This document shows positions 50,340-56,693 of a stretch of 64,000 nt of DNA, one piece after another (position 1 is the first letter of the stretch; each line of letters starts with the position of its first letter). A model generated the notes under the pieces. It was not told where the DNA came from. It did not search any database and was given only the letters and a program-made list of their open reading frames with translations. Source of the DNA: an uncultured Clostridia bacterium (lineage in GTDB: Bacteria; Bacillota; Clostridia; Christensenellales; Borkfalkiaceae); NCBI GenBank assembly GCA_947175485.1, contig CAMWMZ010000002.1, forward strand, positions 3,092-67,091, written 5' to 3'. The translations under genes and the position numbers were made by a program.

Positions 50340-50555
50340 TTATAATTTTTTGTTATCTTCTTCCTCTTCCTGCTTTTTTTGTTTACGCAGAAGAATAAAG
50401 GTTCTTACCCCCGAAACGACGCATATTGCGCCGACAAGCATAAACACAGCAATCTGCCCCCACGTTCCGCCGAAACAGTAATATATACCGAACCCTATGC
50501 ACACAAGCCCGCACAGAATTTCAACTATCATTACAGCCAAATTAAAATTTTTCAC
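50340..50555 (-). CDS. Small two-TM membrane protein with a K/E-rich tail
   Basis: 71 aa with a GTG start, preceded by GGCGGTGG and an extended -10 TGTTATAAT. It has two clear hydrophobic helices, then LRKQKKQEEEEDNKKL. Confidence 0.5.
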   Translation of the reverse strand: MKNFNLAVMIVEILCGLVCIGFGIYYCFGGTWGQIAVFMLVGAICVVSGVRTFILLRKQKKQEEEEDNKKL

Positions 50556-50680
50556 AATCCACCGCCTTGGGTATATTATAACATATATTTTGTGAAAGTT
50601 AAGCGTTTAACAGGCGAAATATTAAAACGTTTGACATCGGCACGAATTTCAAATAAAATTTTATAAAGGCGGATTGAATT

Positions 50681-51355
50681 ATGATTGAAACCAACGTTGA
50701 AAATTTATTGAAGGAAATACCCGAGAAAAACCCTTTCGGGGAAAAGGTTACCCTTGTGGCGGCGGTAAAGCTGCAAACGGCGGAAGATATTAACCGCGCT
50801 GTTGCCGCGGGAATAACGGATATAGGCGACAATCACGTTCAGGAGCTGAGGGATAAATACTGCCAAATCGAAGGAAATCCCAAGCGCCATTTTATCGGAC
50901 GGTTACAGACGAACAAGATAAAATATCTTTTGGGCAAGGTTGACCTTTACCACTCTGTAGACAGAATAAATCTGGCGGAAGAGCTTTCAAAAAAGGGCGC
51001 GGCCGCAGGGGTAACTTCTGATATTCTTATACAGATAAACATAGGCAACGAGGAAACAAAGGGCGGATTTTTGCTTGAAGCGTGCACGGAAGTTTATAAA
51101 CGGATTGCGGATTTGCCCGCTTTGCACGTTAAGGGACTTATGGCTATGCTGCCGATTGAACACGACGAAGAACGATTGAGAAGGCTTGCCGAAAGTATGC
51201 GCGCAAAGTTTGACGAATTGCGTGCGGCGGATAAGAATATCGAATATCTTTCTATGGGAATGAGCGGCGATTGGAAAATCTGCATAGAGCAAGGCTCGAA
51301 TATGATACGGCTTGGAACGGCGATTTTCGGAGCGAGAAATTATAACAAAATTTAA
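50681..51355 (+). CDS. yggS: YggS/YlmE-family pyridoxal-phosphate homeostasis protein
   Basis: 224 aa with VTLVAAVK (PLP lysine context), HFIGRLQTNK, LSMGMSGD and IRLGTAIFG. A TTGACA-17-TAAAAT promoter lies upstream. Confidence 0.9.
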   Translation: MIETNVENLLKEIPEKNPFGEKVTLVAAVKLQTAEDINRAVAAGITDIGDNHVQELRDKYCQIEGNPKRHFIGRLQTNKIKYLLGKVDLYHSVDRINLAEELSKKGAAAGVTSDILIQINIGNEETKGGFLLEACTEVYKRIADLPALHVKGLMAMLPIEHDEERLRRLAESMRAKFDELRAADKNIEYLSMGMSGDWKICIEQGSNMIRLGTAIFGARNYNKI

Positions 51356-51368
51356 GCGGGGCGGAAGG

Positions 51369-51647
51369 TTAATCTTCCGCCTCTTGCTTTTCACACATTT
51401 CCAACCCGAGGAACAAGCCTATTTTAAAGCCTTCTTTAAAGTTTGCGAAGCTTGTTTCGCCCTGTATCATTGCTTCCAAATTCATAATATTATTGAATAT
51501 TTCCAAACTTTCTTTTGGCAAAGCGTTTGTCAACTCTTCCATTCTTTCGCAAGATTTATCAATGAACTTATAAAAGTCTTTTGTGTTTGGAATTTGTTCG
51601 CAATTGCCTTTGTTGCCGAGATATAACTGCAACAGCATCGATTTCAT
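51369..51647 (-). CDS. Small helical hypothetical protein divergent from an XRE gene
   Basis: 92 aa with GGAGG 7 nt upstream of the ATG. The pattern LLQLYLGN....E.....K.F.......E..E.L...L.KE....F...M.....I....SF...F..GF..G recalls small proteins I have seen next to XRE regulators on clostridial mobile elements. This is unverified. Confidence 0.6.
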   Translation of the reverse strand: MKSMLLQLYLGNKGNCEQIPNTKDFYKFIDKSCERMEELTNALPKESLEIFNNIMNLEAMIQGETSFANFKEGFKIGLFLGLEMCEKQEAED

Positions 51648-51673
51648 AATTTAACCTCCATTTCATTCATTTT

Positions 51674-51711
51674 ATGAATATATTGTAATATTCAAAATAT
51701 GAATATGTCAA
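51674..51711. promoter_or_regulatory. Operator-like half-site cluster embedded in the orf92 promoter
   Basis: ATGAATAT (51674-51681), inverted ATATTCA (51688-51694), and ATGAATAT again (51699-51706). Reverse-strand promoter: TTGACA (51711-51706), 18-nt spacer, TACAAT (51687-51682). Confidence 0.55.
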
Positions 51712-51720
51712 GTATTTTAT

Positions 51721-51942
51721 TCAATTTTAGAATACAATTAAAATATGTACGGAAAAAGAATTAAAGAATTGCGAACCGAAAAGGGATTAACGCAGAAACA
51801 GCTCGCGGAACAGCTGAACACGACGCAAATAAATATAAGCAGACTTGAACTTGAAATAATAGATTTAGGATCAACGATGGCGGTTAAAATCTGCAAATAT
51901 TTTAATGTATCCGCAGATTATTTATTAGGATTGGAAAACTGA
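51721..51942 (+). repeat. Copy A of a 222-bp direct duplication (xre promoter-proximal region plus whole CDS)
   Basis: Identical base-for-base to 52360.. from TCAATTTTAGAATACAATTAAAATATG through ...GCAGATTATTTA (about 206 nt). It then differs at a few positions up to the stop codon. Confidence 0.9.
51745..51942 (+). CDS. HTH-only XRE-family transcriptional regulator (65 aa)
   Basis: MYGKRIKELRTEKGLTQKQLAEQLNTTQINISRLE...SADYLLGLEN is a classic Cro/C1-type HTH. A -10 TAGAAT (51728-51733) lies 11 nt before the ATG and there is no SD. Confidence 0.85.
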   Translation: MYGKRIKELRTEKGLTQKQLAEQLNTTQINISRLELEIIDLGSTMAVKICKYFNVSADYLLGLEN

Positions 51943-52053
51943 CGAATAAAAAGAAATAAGAATTCTAAACTACTCTTTTTTGCCTGCACAGAAACAATAC
52001 CAATCACATATTTAACTTATATCTAACATCAAACTGTTTATATTAATTGAATT

Positions 52054-52260
52054 ATGGAAATTTTTTGTATAAGGCTGAAAGAATTAAGACAAGCCGCGGG
52101 ACTAACACAAAAACAAATGGCGGACAAACTAAATATAAGGCAACAATCTTATGCAAGATACGAATACGGAAACAGCGAACCGAGTTTGGAAATGCTTGTT
52201 CAGATTGCCGCCATATTTAAAGTAAGCACGGAATATCTTTTAGGGGTTACCGATTATTGA
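52054..52260 (+). CDS. HTH-only XRE-family transcriptional regulator (68 aa)
   Basis: IRLKELRQAAGLTQKQMADKLNIRQQSYARYEYGNSEPSLEMLVQIAAIFKVSTEYLLG. Confidence 0.85.
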   Translation: MEIFCIRLKELRQAAGLTQKQMADKLNIRQQSYARYEYGNSEPSLEMLVQIAAIFKVSTEYLLGVTDY

Positions 52261-52359
52261 ATAAAAAAGAGCTGCGGAATTGTGACTTTTTTTAAGTATT
52301 CTTTTGTAGCCTTTTAACTGAACTGAAACAATACAGATTGCATATATAACATCGTTTTT

Positions 52360-52581
52360 TCAATTTTAGAATACAATTAAAATATGTACGGAAAAAGAAT
52401 TAAAGAATTGCGAACCGAAAAGGGATTAACGCAGAAACAGCTCGCGGAACAGCTGAACACGACGCAAATAAATATAAGCAGACTTGAACTTGAAATAATA
52501 GATTTAGGATCAACGATGGCGGTTAAAATCTGCAAATATTTTAATGTATCCGCAGATTATTTACTAGGATTAGAGGAATAA
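52360..52581 (+). repeat. Copy B of the 222-bp direct duplication
   Basis: See copy A. The offset between copies is 639 bp. Confidence 0.9.
52384..52581 (+). CDS. HTH-only XRE-family transcriptional regulator (65 aa), duplicate of 51745..51942
   Basis: The protein is identical to copy A except for the last residue (..GLEE versus ..GLEN). Confidence 0.85.
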   Translation: MYGKRIKELRTEKGLTQKQLAEQLNTTQINISRLELEIIDLGSTMAVKICKYFNVSADYLLGLEE

Positions 52582-52689
52582 CGTTTTAAAAAGGAGTTAC
52601 CGAGTTGTGACTTCTTTTTATTTTAACCGATAGAGCAATTAATGCTTTTAAGTTGCGAACACATTCCGCCACGCTGTTATTATCATAAA

Positions 52690-52733
52690 AAATTATTACC
52701 CCCATGGATTAAATCCACGGGGGTATATTTTTT
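52690..52733. terminator. Bidirectional intrinsic terminator (xre array / lipoprotein gene convergent)
   Basis: ACCCCCATGGAT (52698-52709) - TAA - ATCCACGGGGGT (52713-52724) with one internal mismatch. AAAAAA precedes it and TATATTTTTT follows. Confidence 0.75.
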
Positions 52734-52760
52734 AATATAACGCGAAGCATCCGCAAAGGG

Positions 52761-53237
52761 TTATTTTACGAAACTGAAACTATAATTAATGTTGAAGGAG
52801 CTTGAAGTTGCACCCGGAATTCCTACCGTTGCCGTCATTGACATAACAATATCAAAACCATTTTCCGTTTCTATCCCGTAAAACTCATAAGACGATACGT
52901 TTGCAAATCCTTGTGACAAAGTCTTTTTCATCTGTTCTACGTATTCACCTGAAAGCATATATTTTTCGCCCTCTTTGGATACGGACATCACGGACTCCAT
53001 GTCGCTGATTTTCCATACTATTTTGCTATCGGTGACGGTTATCGTTGAATCTTTATACATTGCATCGTATACTGCGCTCATACTTCCGGTTCCACCAATG
53101 CCGGCACCCATTTCTACGTTTGCCTTTGAATATGTGTAGGTAACGCCGCTTTCACAAGCGCACAACGATAATATTACCGCCAATACCAAAGCCAGCATAC
53201 ACAAAAGTGTAGAAATTTTTGCAATTTGCTTTTTCAT
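52761..53237 (-). CDS. Small lipoprotein of unknown function
   Basis: Start at MKKQIAKISTLLCMLALVLAVILSLCAC-ESG (ATG 53237-53235; GGAG upstream), giving a signal peptide plus a lipobox-like L-C-A-C. The mature part of about 130 aa is beta-rich. Confidence 0.7.
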   Translation of the reverse strand: MKKQIAKISTLLCMLALVLAVILSLCACESGVTYTYSKANVEMGAGIGGTGSMSAVYDAMYKDSTITVTDSKIVWKISDMESVMSVSKEGEKYMLSGEYVEQMKKTLSQGFANVSSYEFYGIETENGFDIVMSMTATVGIPGATSSSFNINYSFSFVK

Positions 53238-53267
53238 TTTTATTTTCTCCTTTAAATTATTGACATA

Positions 53268-53319
53268 ATTATACAAGAAGTTTTCTTCTTTGTCAATTAT
53301 TTTTAGAAGAATTCTTCTA
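53268..53319. promoter_or_regulatory. Two matched palindromic operators: one fills the spacer of the lipoprotein promoter, the other abuts the xre start
   Basis: AAGAAG-TTTT-CTTCTT (53275-53290) lies exactly between the reverse-strand TTGACA (53296-53291) and TATAAT (53273-53268). TAGAAG-AATT-CTTCTA (53304-53319) is a perfect 16-bp palindrome ending 10 nt before ATG 53330. Confidence 0.65.
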
Positions 53320-53329
53320 AAATATCATT

Positions 53330-53536
53330 ATGTCTAAAATAGGGGAAAAAATAAAAGAATTGCGGCTGGAACACGGACTGACACAAATGCAGTTAAGCAA
53401 GCTTATCGGGGTAAGCCAAAAAGCAATCGATTATTGGGAACGTTCTGTAAACGAACCGAAAGCAAGCTACATTATCGCTCTTGTAAAGGTTTTCGATATT
53501 TCTTTTGACGAATTTTTTGAAAATACGGATTGCTGA
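53330..53536 (+). CDS. HTH-only XRE-family transcriptional regulator (68 aa)
   Basis: IGEKIKELRLEHGLTQMQLSKLIGVSQKAIDYWERSVNEPKASYIIALVKVFDISFDEFF. Confidence 0.85.
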   Translation: MSKIGEKIKELRLEHGLTQMQLSKLIGVSQKAIDYWERSVNEPKASYIIALVKVFDISFDEFFENTDC

Positions 53537-53554
53537 AATTTATAATATAAAGTA

Positions 53555-53592
53555 TAAAAAAGACCTTATTTACTAAATAAGGTCTTTAATAA
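53555..53592. terminator. Bidirectional AT-rich intrinsic terminator (xre / rpsR convergent)
   Basis: AGACCTTATTT (53561-53571) - ACT - AAATAAGGTCT (53575-53585), flanked by AAAAA and TTTAATAATTT. Confidence 0.7.
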
Positions 53593-53627
53593 TTTAAATT
53601 GATTTTTGTAAAGTAATTTACTTAAAA

Positions 53628-53882
53628 TTAGTCGCCTTTAAAGGGAAGCAACGCTGCAACGCGCGCACGCTTGATGGCTTTGGAAAGCTCTCTCTGGTGC
53701 TTTGCGCAGGTTCCGCTCATTCTGCGGGGCAGCATTTTTCCGCTTTCGGTAACGAATTTCTTTAAGCGGTTAACGTCTTTATAATCGATAACCTCTACCT
53801 TTTCGGTACAGAAAACGCATACCTTTTTGCGGTTTGTTCTTTTATACGCCTTTTTAACGGGGGCGGTTTTATTTTCTTCCAT
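53628..53882 (-). CDS. rpsR: 30S ribosomal protein S18
   Basis: 84 aa: [60 protein letters not shown]. Confidence 0.95.
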   Translation of the reverse strand: MEENKTAPVKKAYKRTNRKKVCVFCTEKVEVIDYKDVNRLKKFVTESGKMLPRRMSGTCAKHQRELSKAIKRARVAALLPFKGD

Positions 53883-53902
53883 AATACTATCTCCTTGAAA
53901 AA

Positions 53903-54322
53903 TCAGAAGGGAATGTCGCTATCGTCGTCGAAGGGTTGAAGCTGGGGCTTTTGACCGCCTCTTTGCGGGGCGGGTGCGGGAGCGTCGAAGTCGTCGCTGC
54001 CGTTGCCTCTGGGCGTTAAGAACTCTACGTCTTGCGCAACTATGTCTACCCCCGTGCGTTTTACGCCCTGGCTGTCTTCATAGTTCCTAAGCTCGATTGA
54101 GCCGCTTACCGCTACTTTTATTCCCTTTTTGGTATAGCGCGCCACCGTTTCGGCGAGCGCTCTCCATGCTACTACGTTGAAAAAGTCTGTTTTCCTTTCT
54201 CCGTCCGAGCCCGAATAATTTCTGTTCACCGCTATCGAAAAACGGCAGATCTTGATACCGCCGCTTGTTTCGGTAAGTTCCGGGTCGCGCGTTAAATTCC
54301 CTATCAAAAATACTTTGTTCAT
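53903..54322 (-). CDS. ssb: Single-stranded DNA-binding protein
   Basis: 139 aa: [34 protein letters not shown]..., a G/P/Q-rich linker and the acidic tip DDDSDIPF. Confidence 0.95.
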   Translation of the reverse strand: MNKVFLIGNLTRDPELTETSGGIKICRFSIAVNRNYSGSDGERKTDFFNVVAWRALAETVARYTKKGIKVAVSGSIELRNYEDSQGVKRTGVDIVAQDVEFLTPRGNGSDDFDAPAPAPQRGGQKPQLQPFDDDSDIPF

Positions 54323-54331
54323 ATCTAATCC

Positions 54332-54616
54332 TTATGCTTTGACAGTTATAATTCTTCTCAAAACTTCGACTGACAGGTCGGAAATTCTTTCGATTTCCTT
54401 AACCGCGCTGCCGTCGGCTTCGAAAGTGATTACAGTGTAATCGCCGTCGGTTTTGTAGTTGATGGGGTAAGCAAGCTTTTTAACCCCCCACTTATCGACG
54501 GAAACGACTTTGCCGTTCTTGGAAACGATAATTTCCTCAAACTTGCTTGCAAACGCCGCCTTTGCCTCGTCGGCAAGAGACGCGTCGAGCACGTAAATCA
54601 TCTCGTAAGTTTTCAT
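54332..54616 (-). CDS. rpsF: 30S ribosomal protein S6
   Basis: Start at MKTYEMIYVLDASL (ATG 54616-54614) with GGGAGGTG upstream. The track ORF has 11 extra codons. Confidence 0.9.
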   Translation of the reverse strand: MKTYEMIYVLDASLADEAKAAFASKFEEIIVSKNGKVVSVDKWGVKKLAYPINYKTDGDYTVITFEADGSAVKEIERISDLSVEVLRRIITVKA

Positions 54617-54721
54617 TTTTTCACCTCCCGGACTTAATCGGCATACCACCTGCGGTATGCAAGGTTATACGCGCGGAAAACCGCGCTTTTTTATATTACA
54701 TTATTTTAAGACGCTTGTCAA
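54617..54721 (-). promoter_or_regulatory. rpsF operon promoter plus structured 5' leader (candidate S6:S18-binding leader)
   Basis: Reverse strand: TTGACA (54721-54716), 17-nt spacer, TAATAT (54698-54693). The roughly 70-nt leader has two hairpins, GCGCGG-TTTT-CCGCGC (54672-54687) and GCATACC-GCAGGT-GGTATGC (54641-54660), just before the SD. Confidence 0.55.
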
Positions 54722-54734
54722 CTTATTTCACGCT

Positions 54735-56585
54735 TTAAGTTGTGCCCGAAGCCGTATTCAAAATAGCGACGAGATACGAAAGAGCTTCCGTAAGCTCGAG
54801 TTCGCCGAGTTTTGTTTTGCCGTTGTAATTAACGTTCGTATCCAAATCAGTGCGGTTATTGAAAACCAGAATACCGTTATCGTGTAAGAAGTAAAGAGTT
54901 GACGACGGCATGTTTTCGGAAACGTTGTCTATCATATCGGTGAGATTGTTTACGGTATAAGCCGCTTCGCTTTTGTTATTGTAAAGCAGGATTTTCCACA
55001 TTCCCTGTGCTTCGCCGTAAGTATAATACGGCTTATCGGAGGGCAAAGAGGAAAGCTTTCCGTCACCGTTCACGAGGGCGTATTTGCCGTTTTCGTCTTT
55101 GTAATAATACAGATATTTATCATTGAAATCCGAAGAGGTTGCAAGCTTTTTCGTATCGGTGCCGTAAATATCGGCGGCGTACATTTCGTTTACGGTAAGA
55201 CTTGCTATATCCGAACCGAGCGTATCTATTGTGGAATCTGCGAGCATTTCTAAAATTTTGTTGCCGTTAACGTCCATTATTTCACTTATTTTAAGACTGC
55301 CGACGTCTAAACCGTTTTGCAAATCGCCGACCGACAGTGAGGAAATTTCAACCTCGTTCTGACCGTTGAGGTAATACGCGCGGGAAATTGCGCCGTTTTC
55401 TTTCACCTCTATAAAACAGGGGATTTCGTTGCCGTCGGCAAAATACGTTGCGGTATATGCGTAAGTTTCGCCGTTTGCTTCGGTTACGTTGGCAATGCCG
55501 TAGAAAAGGCGGGTCATAATTTTATCGGTTGCGGTTATGTCTATTATATCTGTTAAAAGCAGATTGTTCAGCACTTCGTCAAAGTTGACTTCGCCGCTCA
55601 TAATATCGCCGAGTGAAACGTTGCCGAGAACCTTTTGGGCAAGAACGTCGTCGCTTTCAAGAAGCTCCGTTAAATATACATCGTTTAAAGCGGAGAAATC
55701 TCCCTCCGCAAGAGTGCGCAAGGTTACGGGATTAACATTGATTTTTTCGTTGCCTTCATAGTAATAATTGCCCGAAAGTCTGGCATATTCCGCATTGTAC
55801 AGCTCATATACTTCTCCGTTTGCGGAGCGCGCGGGAGCGGTATAAGCGAAGCTGCCGTCGGTAATATAAGGAGTTTCTTCAACGAAATAATAATATAATC
55901 TCAACTCGCCGTGTTTATCAACAAGGTTGGCTGCGTATTGTTCGGGAAGTTCTGCGTTATCGTCTACGCGCAAAAGCTTTTGCTGTTCTTCATCGGCGAA
56001 GTAAACGTCGTAATAGGCAGGATATTTTTCGCCCGATTGAGAATTTATTACGTAATCCGCCTCTTTACCGCAGAATACCAGCTCCATAATTTTGTTATCG
56101 AGCATAGTGCCCATACCGAGCTTTTCAAAGAGCGACGCGGGTTGGACTTCAAGAATTTTTTCCTGCATAAATTCACTGAGCTGAGAAAATTTTACAGCAA
56201 CAAATTCCCCCCTCTCCACTTCCACAAAGTCCGAAAGCGCGCCGTGAAGCCCGTCTATAAGTCCGCTTGTAGCGGGCAAAAGATTTTCAAATTCGCCCAT
56301 ACTCAGATTGGACGTATCCGCAGCCATTGCGCCGACTTTTTGTATAAGCTCCAGAAGCGTTTCCACACCGCCGTTTTCTTTATCGGTATTGATATATTGG
56401 TTTTTGCCTTCTTCGTTTTTGCCGTTATCAAGACCGATGACGGAAAGCACGGTATCGACGTTTGCGCTTAATGCAAAATATACTGCGCCGCCGATTGCTC
56501 CGATTATTAAGATTGCGCCTATTAAAATACCCAAAAAGAATGAAAGGAAAGAAAAACCCCTTCTCACAGGCTGTTTGTTTTGCAT
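54735..56585 (-). CDS. N-terminally anchored 616-aa extracytoplasmic protein, family unknown
   Basis: TM FSFLSFFLGILIGAILIIGAIGGAVYFAL, followed by an acidic, N/Y/D/E-rich ectodomain with recurring short L(S/T)(V/M/L)G(D/E)(L/I/F) units. RBS AAAAGGGG. Confidence 0.7.
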   Translation of the reverse strand: MQNKQPVRRGFSFLSFFLGILIGAILIIGAIGGAVYFALSANVDTVLSVIGLDNGKNEEGKNQYINTDKENGGVETLLELIQKVGAMAADTSNLSMGEFENLLPATSGLIDGLHGALSDFVEVERGEFVAVKFSQLSEFMQEKILEVQPASLFEKLGMGTMLDNKIMELVFCGKEADYVINSQSGEKYPAYYDVYFADEEQQKLLRVDDNAELPEQYAANLVDKHGELRLYYYFVEETPYITDGSFAYTAPARSANGEVYELYNAEYARLSGNYYYEGNEKINVNPVTLRTLAEGDFSALNDVYLTELLESDDVLAQKVLGNVSLGDIMSGEVNFDEVLNNLLLTDIIDITATDKIMTRLFYGIANVTEANGETYAYTATYFADGNEIPCFIEVKENGAISRAYYLNGQNEVEISSLSVGDLQNGLDVGSLKISEIMDVNGNKILEMLADSTIDTLGSDIASLTVNEMYAADIYGTDTKKLATSSDFNDKYLYYYKDENGKYALVNGDGKLSSLPSDKPYYTYGEAQGMWKILLYNNKSEAAYTVNNLTDMIDNVSENMPSSTLYFLHDNGILVFNNRTDLDTNVNYNGKTKLGELELTEALSYLVAILNTASGTT

Positions 56586-56623
56586 AAAAACCCCTTTTCC
56601 GCAACAATTCTGCGGACAGAAAT

Positions 56624-56652
56624 ATTATATATTTTTAAAACTTTATTTGCAA
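56624..56652 (-). promoter_or_regulatory. Promoter of the 616-aa gene
   Basis: Reverse strand: TTGCAA (56652-56647), 17-nt spacer, TATAAT (56629-56624). The leader contains the hairpin TCCGCA-GAATTGT-TGCGGA. Confidence 0.5.
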
Positions 56653-56693
56653 CCGTTTGCAAATTTTAAAGCGCAATTTATAAGCACGTAGAT

